Numbered from the stretch's first letter, positions 24,234-36,455 are shown. The stretch is 64,000 nt of DNA from Haliotis cracherodii (GCF_022045235.1 NW_027266297.1:43152001-43216000), one strand, 5' to 3'. Program-made: numbers and translations. Notes: generated by a model from the letters alone, not told the origin.

Positions 24234-24900
24234 TACTTCATTGTGAAAGACTGTGTTTTCTTAAGTTGAGAAAAGTGATATCTTCATAACACATAACACT
24301 TGATATTTCACTGCAGTGCAAATTACATTTGCTTTTTCACTGACCACAACACTTTGACGGAACTATTGTCATACAAGAGCTTCTTCCCTGCAAATTGTCT
24401 CCCTTTATCGTAAGTGTTGGCCCGTACACAAACTGTTGATTTCCTTTTTAAGTTAGTTCCACATTGACAAGGCAAAATGATGACAGATGATCATTTATGA
24501 AGTTAATATCACTTCTTTCTGTTTGTTATTCTCTTGAAAATGTGTCGTTATAAACTGTAAATTTCTCATTTAACTCATCAATCAAGATTGTTCCTTTCCT
24601 AAAGCGCCATTTTTGTTACCTGACCAGCTTTCAAGAATAGTGTTTTCGTGGTTGATTTTGTATATAATCATATCCAAATGTATGATTAATAATTTTAGTG
24701 ATCTTTTGTAATTTTGTATTACTTTTGCTGATATGTTTTAAGATTTTGCAAACTCGGAACTACTTTTTACGTCGCAATATCAAGGGGTGGTGAAACGTCC
24801 CTGCATGTTGGATAGGGAGAAATTACGTTTCAAGGTTTTATATTTGTTGTGACAAAAATTAATTTCCGGTAGACAACTATACTGAAAATGTATAATAAAT

Positions 24901-25012
24901 AGGATATTCCATATGTCGAGTGAAATATCATGTTTCTAACATCTCGTGACAGATGAAAGGAGATAACTCGACGAAAGAAATATGATATTTCAATCGACAC
25001 GTGAAATGTCCT
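24901..25012. mobile_element. Short degenerate inverted-repeat element (MITE remnant)
   Basis: AGGATATTCCATATGTCGAGTGAAATATCATGTTTCT is approximately the reverse complement of AGAAATATGATATTTCAATCGACACGTGAAATGTCCT. Confidence 0.55.
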
Positions 25013-25679
25013 CTATATATCCAATACAGGCGATGCAAGTCTATAATACTTGGCAAATCTAGATTACTTCAGTTTCAAAATACAAAATTCAGTGTGTAAG
25101 AAACAGTGACTGGGAATATTATTGTTGCCTACCATAAAACCAGGAATACAACAACTATGTGTCACAAGAATTCATTAATTTAGAATCCAGCGGGAATCCA
25201 GACCTAAATAGTTATCTTGTATCCCACGCTTGTCGAAAGAGCCGAGTTGATAGGAAGAGGCGATCAGACTTGATAAATGCTTGTGTGTCACCAGGCCCGA
25301 TATAGTGGATCGTTCCTCATGTTTCTAGCATGTCTGGTCCAGGCTTGATTATCTGGAACATCACTAAAAGCGGCGTTAAACAACATTCACTCGCTGACAG
25401 TTTATACAACAGGTAACAACAGCTGTTTTTTAAATGCACCCATTTGTTAGCATTTGTGTTCAATATTTTTAACGATTTTTCTTGTTAATTTCTATCTCAA
25501 AGATACACCTTACGGTGTGTAATAAGATATGTACACGCCGTGATGCCTTCTGCAGTTTCGTATATCGTCCTATTCAAAATATAATGTACATAATCTCTTT
25601 CGCTCTTTGTCCGGTTGAGGATAGTTATATCATATGTATCTTAAAATGGAGATTCACGTTTTAATCACCGACAATATTT

Positions 25680-25804
25680 CAATGACAATGCAAAGAATCA
25701 CGCAACCCGTACTGGTAATTACTGCTAGTAATGATGTGCCATCTGGCTTGGACTTGAAGTGTATAAAAGCAATGCTGTCCCGAGACATGAGCATCACTTT
25801 CATC
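25680..25804 (+). promoter_or_regulatory. Conserved core promoter of the repeat-gene family (gene B copy); paralogous copies at 20869-20995(-), 30000-30125, 38104-38230(-) and 42314-42440
   Basis: Shared block (C)CATCTGG(C/T)TTGGACTNGA(A/T)GTGTATAAAAG, then an Inr-like TCACT just before the ATG. TATA at 25762-25767, E-box CATCTG at 25740-25745. Confidence 0.75.
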
Positions 25805-26308
25805 ATGAAGACGTTCCTGGTACTGCTGGCGCTCTCCTTTGTGGCCACATGTTGGTCTCAAGCACAACAGGACGGAGACCGCCCACTACCACCAACCGGA
25901 TGTCCTCCACCTCCAGAAGGTGAATCCCGACCACGCAGACAAGCACGACAAGAAGGTGACCACCCACCTCCACCAACCGGATGCCCTCCCCCACCTGAAG
26001 GTCAATCTGGCCCAAAGGAACAAGCACAGGAAGGCGACCGCCCTCCTCCACCAACCGGATGTCCTCCCCCTCCAGAAGGTAGAGAACAATCCCGACCACG
26101 CAGACAAGCACAACAGGAAGGTGACCGCCCACCACCAACGACTGGAAGTTCTCTCCTACCTGAAGGTCAATCTGGCCCACAAGGACAAGCACCACAGGAA
26201 GGTGACCGCCCACCTCCACCAACTGGATGCCCTCCACCTTCAGAAGGTAAAAGGCAAGGTGCTAGAGGTCCTGGAGGAAGAAGGCCACCTCCTCCACGCA
26301 GGAACTAA
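25805..26308 (+). CDS. Gene B: secreted Pro-rich Cys repeat protein, paralog of A (167 aa, 5 units plus a basic tail)
   Basis: Signal peptide MKTFLVLLALSFVATCWS, TATA 43 nt upstream, units ending alternately in SRPRR and SGPKE/SGPQG, tail KRQGARGPGGRRPPPPRRN. 3'-UTR intron 26321-26904, AATAAA at 26928-26933. Confidence 0.9.
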   Translation: MKTFLVLLALSFVATCWSQAQQDGDRPLPPTGCPPPPEGESRPRRQARQEGDHPPPPTGCPPPPEGQSGPKEQAQEGDRPPPPTGCPPPPEGREQSRPRRQAQQEGDRPPPTTGSSLLPEGQSGPQGQAPQEGDRPPPPTGCPPPSEGKRQGARGPGGRRPPPPRRN

Positions 26309-29300
26309 CCGATACTCACGGTGAGCTTCTTATATTTTTAACAGAATGATTCTTTTTTCTGTTTACAGAACATTTAAATGCAAAGAATATATGTACACGT
26401 AATAGTGAGTCGGTGAGTAAGGGTTAAACGCCGCTTTTAACAGTATTCCAGTTATATCTCGGCGTGTCAGCTTAATGTGGGAGGAAAAATGCAGGTCTCA
26501 GACGTTTCCCACTTCAGTGAAACCCATGAGCACGGGTATGGTGCTGACAAACCTAGAAACATAATTGGGGCGAACCGGTATTCGAACCCACAATAATAGG
26601 TTTCTGCCATGCCAAAGGGATGCAACTCTGCACAGCGAATCGCGGTGCCTCAGACGACTGGGCCACCCGTGATAAGGATGTTCAGATACTGGTATTGATC
26701 GAGCTACATTTCAGATTTGCCTTCAAGTTGTATCTAATAAAAACTAATAATTTTTTTTATTGAAGCCGCTTTCGTCACACGCAGTAATATATGATCATGG
26801 TTTCACGTTGAATACATAGGGCATTGCAAAATGATTCCTGTATGTTATATATTACATGTATGTTGGAAACTGTATTGTAATGTTAATCTGCCTTTCTTTT
26901 ACAGATGACTCCTTCATAATAGATCGCAATAAAAAAATCAAATCTTTCGTTATGAATTTGTTTCATTAAGTTGGGACATATTCGTTTGTACTCTGAATAT
27001 GCGACATATTGTCCCCAGAACTCTCTTGCTTGGTTGATCGCTTGTCAACGTACCCCGATGGCGTGTGGCGTTGCTCGTGTTTTCAGCTGTTTGTCTGTCG
27101 GTGACACCCTAGTATCAAGGCCGAAATGAGACAGTTCGATCATAGCTCGACGTTTTCCTTCCCAATGACTTCCATGGCACGGACGCCTGAGTCAGTAGAG
27201 CTGCCCAGAACTTCCATGAAGGCGATTAAGTTAAATAATGTTCCTCCGTTGGTCCAATCTTGTGAATGTCTTGATGACGTGGCTGATTTGATTGAGTGTC
27301 ATCGTAGGGCGTTTCTCATGCTTCGTTCAGTTGTTGTCTGTCTGTCTCTGGCTATCTGTTTTGAGGCAGCCATGAGATAGTTTGAATACTGTTGCAAGTG
27401 TTCATTCACTCGGACACTCCCATCTGAAGAAATGTCTTGGTTCACAACTGACACGTGCTGTCTCCGGGGAGTTAGCTCTAAGAGGAAATGAAGGGCAACA
27501 ACATTGGCATCGCGGTTCCAGACAATTTAGTACAATGCATATAAATAGTCAAACAACAAATACACAATAAGTGGATTACCTGCTCTGACATCACAAACAC
27601 AACAATAAGCGGTTTTCCAGCTCAAACATCCACGTCAACCACAACGTGGGTTTTTTCGAAGAACACTTGCCTTAAGGTATTGTACAGTTAGCGTTCTAGC
27701 AATCGGCTAACTGTCAGGGACGTACAGTCGATTACTCTGTCCAGAATTTAGCATCACAAGTATATTGAACACATTGACAACAATATAACATACTTAGTCA
27801 GGTGATAAAGCACCGATCCTCATTACCTGACCCTACCTGAGGGGCCATAATGTTGGGAATACCCTCATTTGTCATGATTAATTATCTAGACTTTTTGTCA
27901 CTTCTGCATTTTAGAAGTCTGTGAATGAGTGGAGTAGGATTTACAGCATCAGTCTTTATTTCCACATTTAAAACTCGGTTAACCCTGTACGGTAAAGAAT
28001 TACCTCAAAATTGACATATTTACGTTCACTGAAAGTGACTCTAACATCAAAAGTGACTCTAACATCAAAAGGCACTCAAGAAGGTGACCAACACAGAACT
28101 TCTATCACTTCTTTAAACTTAAGTACAGCAAAATATTAATTGAGATCTATATTGCATAATCCTTACCCTTGGATACAGTTGGTGAACTTTCTCTTATGTT
28201 GTGATTGTGACCTACACATGTCAGCAAAGGGGTCCTCCCATTTGTCAGACACCCACTTGTCAGACAGTGGAATATATTTTAAATGCCACACACCCATTTA
28301 CTCATAATGATATGACCCAGGCACTTGCAATCTCTTTGAAGTTTTAAACGACTTGGTTAAACAGTAAATATGTTTGTTTTCACGAAAGTTTGCTAGATGG
28401 TGCTTAGTGCTTGTTTTTACAAGTGAGTTCAATAGACTTCGTTAACATAACCAGTTTGTTTTCGCAAGTGAGTACCCCAATTAAAAGTAAACTGTGATCC
28501 CTTTGAAGTGTTTGTACTTCATATGTTACTGTTTCACACTTTCTTGTCACTGATATGTTTAAAGAGTAGATCTGTTAGTCTCACAACTAAGTTCTTTGGA
28601 GTTGTTTTTACTGAAATTAGTATCAATATTATATAAGACATATGATCAGAAGAATCACGCCTCACATTGACAATGGCAAGTCCATGATGACACATGGGGA
28701 AGCGACCACCCTCCTACACTTACCTACATAGGTAGTCCACCCCAATTAGAGGAACAGCTAAATCTTCAATCCACAATGGACTATGCAAAGGCTGATTGGC
28801 CCAAATTTAGGAAGGAATTTATATCATTTAAATCCAAAAAATCAAAACGGTCTGTCCGTTTCAAAAGGGAAAGATGCTATGATACCCAGTCTCTCCATAA
28901 AAGGAAAAGCACTAAAATTCTATACAATTCAAAGGTATACAAAATTCAGGAAAGTCTTCATGGTGATCATGAGAGTCAAGTTTATGACTCTTCCATCTTG
29001 TCTACCACTTTTAGTGTTCGACACACATTCGATGAAAAGGGGTTTATCTAATTTGAAGTAACTTTTTAAGGTAGGTAAAGGCTGTTTTTTGTATAGAAAT
29101 CTAGAATAGTGCTGGAAATCACAGCGCACACATTGGCAGATTTTTCCAACGCAGTAGTGACACATTGAACTGATGAACCACATGGTAGAACGGTAGTGTA
29201 TGGTAGGGTCCAGTGATGAGGATCGGATGGTTTGTGATCTGATCACATGAAGTAGGTTATATTTCCCGACGACGTGGATCGGTGCTGGTGCTCTAAACAC

Positions 29301-30125
29301 TGGTGTGATTGGATTACTTACTCATGCACTCACTCTCCAGTTTGCAGATATCTGGAATAAGTTGTCTGCATAAACTGTCTGAAACATGATCCAGGAATAG
29401 GAATAGAAAGACTGATGTCAAAACGTTTTGATTGTCCTCCATACAGTACGAATGCCATCAAAACAACTTGATATACAGACACGCGCTCTACGCTTCTCTA
29501 AGAGATATAGGTAGTGCTGATAATTCAACTGAAAATTAGAGAATGTATAAACTCGATGATTGTTACATCAAAGTCATCTGGACCAAACAAGCCAGTGGTA
29601 TTCATCAGGTTGAACTGGCGGTGAAACTCGGGACGTGAGTCTAAACTTCTTTCATATATTCAGGGACGGTGAGATAAAATTATGTCAATCGATCCCTCGG
29701 GACATATGTTGTGTTGTACCCTGTGTGTGAGCCTATGTACCCCTCGCCTGAGACACGGGGTAGATCACACAATATACCCCTCGATCGGTTGACAACTTAT
29801 AGTGTTCCAGCTATCTGACGGCCGCCTTGAAATAATCGTGACAAGTTCAAACAAACCAACAGCTAGCTATATTCCAGTTATATGCGGGCGGTCTGTAAAT
29901 ATTCGAGTCTGGATCAGGCAATCCAGTGATTGATATTACTAGCAAAGTCAGAGTACAGGGACATATAACCAAGTCACCCAACATGATCATCCGAGCAACT
30001 GACAATACAAAGAGTCACGCAACACCGTAATGTAATAATCACTGCGAGGTAATGATGTACCCTCTGGCTTGAACTGGAAGTGTATAAAAGCAGTGCTGTC
30101 CCGAGACATGTGCATCACTTTCACC

Positions 30126-30656
30126 ATGAAGACATTGCTGATACTACTTGCGCTCTCCTTTGTTGCCACATGTTGGTCTCAAGCACCACAGGAAGGTGAC
30201 CGACCGCCTCCACCAACCGGATGCCCTCCCCCTTCAGAAGGTGAATCCCGACAGCGCAGACAAGCAGGACAAGAAGGTGACGGCCTACCTCCACCAACCA
30301 CATACCCTGCCCATCCTGAAGGTCGATCTGGCCCACAGGAACAAGAACCACAGGAAGGTGACCGTGCTCCTCCACCAACCGGATGCCCTCCCCCTCCTGA
30401 AGGTGAATCTGGCCCACAGGAACAAGAACCACAGGAAGGTGACCGTGCTCCTCCACCAACCGGATGCTCCCCCCCTCCTGAAGGTCGATCTGGCCCACAG
30501 GAACAAGAACCACAGGAAGGTGACCGTGCTCCTCCACCAACCGGATGCCCTCCCCCTCCTGAAGGTGAATCTGGCCCACGGGAACAAGCAACACAGGACG
30601 GTGACCGTCCTCCTCCACCAACCGGAGGTCTAATGAGTATGAAACACCGATTATAG
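30126..30656 (+). CDS. Gene C: paralog of A/B (176 aa as read), 3'-truncated by a foreign segment; may be a pseudogene
   Basis: MKTLLILLALSFVATCWS plus 5.5 units. Homology stops abruptly at 30626 (...PPPPTG) and the last codons (GLMSMKHRL) come from unrelated DNA. TATA at 30083-30088; the E-box reads CCTCTG. Confidence 0.7.
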   Translation: MKTLLILLALSFVATCWSQAPQEGDRPPPPTGCPPPSEGESRQRRQAGQEGDGLPPPTTYPAHPEGRSGPQEQEPQEGDRAPPPTGCPPPPEGESGPQEQEPQEGDRAPPPTGCSPPPEGRSGPQEQEPQEGDRAPPPTGCPPPPEGESGPREQATQDGDRPPPPTGGLMSMKHRL

Positions 30657-31341
30657 ACCCAAAGCTGAGTGATTTGCAATTTTAACACTTAAACAAGGCA
30701 TTTGAAGGCGTTGTGCAATATAGGGGAATGCCCTCGCTAAAAATAGGTCAGTGACGCTACACTCTGTACATACAACATGAAGTAGAAATATCTCTACAGT
30801 TCTGTACTTTTCAATGATATGAGAAAGGGAACAATTGTTTTAAGGTTACACCCTAACTGTATCAAATAAAAGGACTATTTATCGAGGTTGGAGGGGTTTT
30901 AGATTTACATTAATAATACAGCTTTAGTCAAGCAGGACATTTTGTACTATGTCACTTTACTATCAGGTCGGCTAGCGAGACATGGACAGGTCCCAGCAAT
31001 GTAAGCAAGCCTATCGCTGTCAACACAATGTCTATAATAACTAGGTCACCTTATTATGCTGGACTGCATACCAACGCAAGGTCTCAGCTGAACATGTTGA
31101 TACATGTTTATTCACCTGTATAGACTTGTTGGATGGGTTTAATAGTAGAGGGGACTTTTATTAGTAGCGGCGTTAGGTATGATTTAGATCGCATACTGTT
31201 CAGTAACCTGTAACCCCTTTCTTTACCTTCATAGGCAAGGTAGCGTTTTTCAAAGGGAGCGTGTATTGAACAGGGAAGTGAACTCTTCTTATTGAATGTA
31301 ATAAAGATAGACAGCTTTTCAGTATGCTATCAGTCAAGGAG

Positions 31342-31514
31342 TGAGGGAGTGAGTTGGGTTTAACGCCGCTTTTAACAGTATTCCAGTTATATCGAGGCGT
31401 GTCTTAATGTGGGAGGAAAGCCCGAAGTGATGCAGGTCTCAGACGTTAACCACTTCGGTGAAACCCACGAGCACGAGGTATGGTGCTGACAGACGACTGG
31501 GCCACCCATGCCCC
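31342..31514 (-). mobile_element. SINE insertion with a 15-bp target-site duplication
   Basis: CTATCAGTCAAGGAG occurs at 31327-31341 and again at 31515-31529, flanking a SINE of the 22300 family. Confidence 0.8.
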
Positions 31515-32196
31515 CTATCAGTCAAGGAGCGATGGTTAAGCAGAACGGACGTGTTTGAGTATAATTGTTGTTAACAATAAATGTACACATCGCTAAAAGC
31601 ATTGGAACACAGTGTCTCCTATCAGTCAGCGCGCGACCCTCGGAGAGAGTGGACGTGTTTGAAAGTCGTCTGTGAATCTTTTCAAGTACAGATTATCTCA
31701 CGACCTAAGGTAATAGTTGAAAGTTGAATAAAACTTAAGAAATAAAATATTCCTTTCACTAACTCAATGTTATTGTATATAAATATAGTGCCTAATGACT
31801 TTAAACATCAAGAAAACAATTTTAAAGAAACAATGATAAATTTTCCCTACATATCATGAGGATATTATTAAGAGAATATGAAAAGTTTTAATTTCATTAC
31901 TTGTAGGATAGAAGAGAAACAGAAACATGAAATCCCTCTCAGACTTGGAGACATGGGCTATGAGTCACAACTGTACGAGTGATCCAGATGTAAATCTAAA
32001 AAGAATTGAGTTACTAGCTAACCATGTCGGTATCATAAAAAACGTATGCAAGGTCGTAGTTAACTTTTTTTTACAAGAAGGGGGCGGGGGGGGGGGGGGG
32101 GGGGGCAAATATTTGTACAAGTATCACTTGTCCCCAACTTGTATTTTCATGATTCAAATAAAACTGTTTTCTATAATTACCCCCGACTGGCTACGG

Positions 32197-34940
32197 CACT
32201 GGTATGCTTGCAATCAATGTAACAGAGTGTTTACACAGAATCACAATCTTCTCCGACATATAAGAACAACCAGAGGTATGAGTGTAATCAATGTGGCAAG
32301 TCTTATGCACGCATGGATAAATACAAAAGCCACAGTTGTCAACCGAGCCTGAAGAGACCCAGCCAGCCAACTAATACACGCAACGTTTGTGGTCATGTTC
32401 GGTGTTTCTTGTGAGCCATGTTCCACAAAGGGACGAGAATGAAGACAATGCCATCGTCCACTGCCCGAGAGATTCTATTCTCGACGTGTGGATCAGTGTG
32501 ATAGCTGCCTAGCCGACGGGAGAGATATAAGGAGAGGCGACTTAACCAGGTTCGTGGGTCGGCGCTGGAAGGGTCACTGAGGACTACAACACTGACTCCC
32601 AGTGAAACAGACAGCCTTGACATTCTTAAGTTTGTGGCGAATGAACAATTCAACATAGAGACTTTATAACATGAATTTCTCAAAGCAAAAACTAGGTATG
32701 AAATGGTTTCTGACCTTAAAAATCTAATACATCAAATATAATGAAAACAATGAAAGCATTTTGTCAGAACCCACCCTCCGAACAACACGTTTCTGGACCC
32801 ACAATTCAAATGAAATAGAATCACTTTTAGCTGAAGTTTTTCAGAAATTATATAAAGACTCCCAAGAGTTTCAGGCCGCGGGGAGTGGATGGATATTAAA
32901 TCGTATTATCCATATAGAAGTTAATACAGCTGAATATACCCCCTGTCAGGGAGTAGTTACTTTCCCCTTCCTAAATATCTCGCGAATAAAAAGGCCATTT
33001 TGAACATACAAAACCAGGATAAAAAATGCTTTATTTGGTCCACTTTGGCTGCTTTACATCCAACAGATCATGCCAACAGAGTGAGCCATTATCAGCAGTA
33101 TGAAAATGAACTTTATCTCAATGGCATTGAAATGCCAGTACCTCTATCACAAATTCACAAAGTCGAAAAGCAAAACCAAATTTCTATCAACGTATTTGGT
33201 TATAAAAAAGAAGAAGGGGTGTTCCCATTGCATATCAGTAAACTCCATTTTAAATCAGAGGTAGATTTATTATTGCTTAGTGAGGGGGACAAAAGGCATT
33301 TCAGTTTGATAAGGAATTTTAGTCGTCTCATGGGGGATAGGACAAAATACGGTCATACAACATTTTAATGCAGACGTTGTCTTCTGGGGTTATGAGGCAG
33401 GATTTGTAGGAAAACCATATACCCCATTGCTTTGATCATAGCATTCAAAAAGTTTAAATGTCAGAAAGTGATGATGACATATCGGTCAAATCCAAGCATA
33501 TCCATAGACTCCTTTATGTCCCATTCGTTATTGAATCGGTTGCAAAGAAGGTCATGGGTTGCAAGGGTAATCCAAGTCAATCCCTTACTTCAATATATCA
33601 GAAACATGAACCATCAGGGTTTTCATACAAGATCGTGAGTTCAGATTCTGGCTACAGTAAACCTGCTGTGACGTACAGTACAGTACACACTGTATCCAGC
33701 AGTTCATTCAGCGTCTTGCGAAGGAATAAATGGATCTTGATAAAATACTAGAAAATGTAGTTCCAATGAACTCAACAAATGAACAAGAACAACCATTTCA
33801 AATGGCTACGGTTTGCCATATTTGTAAAGAGGACCTTGGTCTTGACCTGTTCGAGATAATGATCTCATCACTGGTCAATATCGAGGAGCATCAAATCAAT
33901 TGTGCAAATTACAATTTCAGTTTAGAAAGGCCAAAGGTCAAAACGTAAGTTTTAACGTTTCTATATTCTTGTCAAAATTTGAAAGGTTATGATTCCCACA
34001 ACACATATCATGGCAGGGTTGATTGTATAGCAAACAGTTTGGAAAAATACATATCTTCCTCACTAGGTTGTCTGAGATTTATTGATTCTCTCCAGTTTCT
34101 GAGCGCTCCCTTGGACAAATTAGTGAATAACATGACCAATGATTGCAAGAGCAAGTCTGGAATTCTGAACATGGAGAATCTAAATTCAAACAGTTAAAAC
34201 AGGAAACTTCTGATAATGTGCAAATTTGATCGACTTATGAGAAAATGGAATTATCCTTATGACTTCATGGATGATGAATTAAAATTTGATTTAACTGAAC
34301 CTCCAAAGAATTTTTCTTCAGTTTATTGACAGACAGTCATATATCCCACGCTGACTAGATCCTAACACCTTTATCAAGCAATAGATAATCCATGGTATTG
34401 CTTGATAAAGGTGTTAGGATCTACACCGAAACGTCGCACTAATTGTAATAAAGAAGTTGTTCATCCATAGAACTCGTCTTACTTCATCACTCCAACTTCT
34501 AAATGCCACTGAAAGAAGTTCCATAAAACCAACCCTCAGAGTCTAACAAAAAAGTGTTCGGCAAGTTTAAAGATGAAGCTGAAGTTTACCCCAAGATTTC
34601 ATTCTGTGGTCTTTGGCCTAAACTGTATTCTTATGCTGTTGAAGCTCTTAAGAAAGATCAGGAAACTGATGATCCAAATTGTGTTATTAAAGAGGAGCAA
34701 AAAGCCAAAGGAACTTCAAAAACTGTAATTAAAAGAAAACTGAGACATAAAATGTACAAACAATGCCTCATAAAGCATACTCAGTTCAGACACCAGATGA
34801 CACAAGTTCAGAGTCGTACCCATCAGCTTTATACCGTTCAAATCAATAAAATCAGTCTATCCCCTTTTGATGATAAAATGCCTGTCCTGGAAGACGGGGT
34901 AGACACATTAGCTCACGGACATTATACAATCAAGTCTTAA
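32197..34940 (+). pseudogene. Polinton/Maverick-type protein-primed DNA polymerase B with N-terminal C2H2 fingers; frameshifted and internally deleted
   Basis: YACNQCNRVFTQNHNLLRH; GSGWIL; GSSYFPLP..LANKKAILNIQNQDKKCFIWSTLAAL; ISINVFGY; CHICKEDL; NLKGYDSH; LRFIDSLQFLSAPLDKLV; YPYDFMD; GKFKDE; KLYSY; KAKG; KISLSPFDDK..LEDGVDTLAHGHY. Confidence 0.85.
34356..34520 (+). mobile_element. Probable Penelope-like element pLTR fragment with an inverted 5' duplication, located at the PolB deletion
   Basis: Perfect 28-bp inverted repeat (34356-34383 / 34396-34423). The right arm continues as CTTGATAAAG-GTGT-taggatct-ACAC-CGAAACG, resembling a PLE hammerhead-like core, followed by AATAAA. Confidence 0.45.
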
Positions 34941-35546
34941 GACACCATTTCATATCTAGTCTTTTGTGTGTGATGTATTATGATTCAGCAGTGTTAGACT
35001 GACACATGTTGTATTGTAAATACAAGATTATATATTATGTGAATATGAATGCTACATTACAGATGTAATTACCTGAGTTGTTGTCTTTAAGGGTTCAATG
35101 TTAATCTTTATTTATTATGTATATTATTTTGCACTTATATATGTCTTTTGTACAGATGTGTTGAATGATTAAGCACACATATATGTATTGTGTCCATTGT
35201 ATGTGTAATTATTGCTATGAATACATAATGTTGAATAAATATGTTAAATATATCAATTGCGTTTGTGAATATTTTATGGAACTTCAACTCAAATAGTTAT
35301 GTTAACTGGAGAGTACACAATTAATAATAGTGTGATGTGGTTAGACCCACGTGGTAACAGAATAATGACACTGACTGATTCGCGTTAGTACACTTTTGAC
35401 AAACTACAGGTAAATTCAAATAAAATGCTGAAATATGGCAGACTGTCCTCTCGTCAAAAGAACAAACAATTAGTATATTCTATACACATGTTTTTATTGC
35501 ACATAAATATACCCAAAACATAACAATACAGTTACAGAATAGTGTT

Positions 35547-36231
35547 TTAATGTACAAGAGTTAAATGATTATCAAACACCAACAACAACATCATCATTAT
35601 CTTGGTCATCATCAGATTGGTTGACAAGTTCACTTCATCCAGTGACAAGTCCACATGAGAGAGGATATCTTTGACCACTGGTTTCATCCACTGAGTGATT
35701 TTATGATCCATTTCATTGCTATCCATGTCAGGATCTAACTGTTTCATTTTCTCCAGAATAGGTTTGAAGAGTGATCCATTTCCAAAGTAGCCAGTATATC
35801 TGATGGCTCTCACAAGTCTTTCAAGGAAAGTAGTTTTCCAGCATTTCTTTAATTTCTTTTCAACCCATCTCTCACTCTTTCCTTCATCTTCATACAGTTC
35901 TTTCTTTTCCCAGATCTCTTCCTTGCAAGTTTTTAGTGTTTGTTCCCACATGTATTCCAGTCCTTTGACTTCCCTCTCTTTATCAGCTTCATTAGGTTTA
36001 TGTGTTGTGTCTACTGGATTCAGAATATTCTGTGGTATCTATTTAGCTCGTTTCTTCAAGGGTTGCCATTCATTCTCTGGGCACCAGGGTCCCGTTCCAC
36101 AAAGCGATCTTAGTGCTACGATTGTCTTAAGTGTTAAAGAATGGGAGTTACGACCGACTCAGGTTCTCTCATGACGTTGAAGGTCATGATTGTTTTCAAA
36201 CATGATACCACACTCGTCACAGGAAGTCATG
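35547..36231 (-). pseudogene. Disrupted accessory ORF of the Polinton-like segment (C2H2-like N-terminus plus charged helical region)
   Basis: MTSCDECGIMFENNHDLQRHERT, a short insertion, WCPENEWQPLKKRAK*, then EYMWEQTLKTCKEEIWEKKELY. Convergent with PolB. Confidence 0.5.
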
Positions 36232-36455
36232 GTCTCGTCTTCTGACTCCACAGTTCTCTCAGTTGTGTACTCTAACCTATAGGTTCAGTCTCTGGTATTA
36301 ACGGTTGACTCGTGTTAGACGACCTCTCAAATACAGACTTGTTCTCATTCGAGCTCAATGTTGCTATAGGCCTAATTGGGTCTGACACGAATAATATATA
36401 AGACTGTAACCTGTTTGATTCCAGCGTAATAGGACGTAAGTCAATAGTTAGATTT

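Larger units (their letters stand above)
30627..36455. mobile_element. Decayed Polinton/Maverick-like (adintovirus-like) segment between genes C and D; true element ends not identified
   Basis: Contains a fragmented protein-primed PolB and a convergent zinc-finger-led ORF. It is bounded on both sides by abrupt breaks in the repeat genes. No clear TIRs seen. Confidence 0.65.

Noticed and set aside
25634-25804. N-terminal extensions given by the ORF track for A, B, C and E (e.g. ...LKCIKAMLSRDMSITF)
   Set aside because: These translate the promoter itself ('CIK' is TGTATAAAA). The true start is the MKT ATG.
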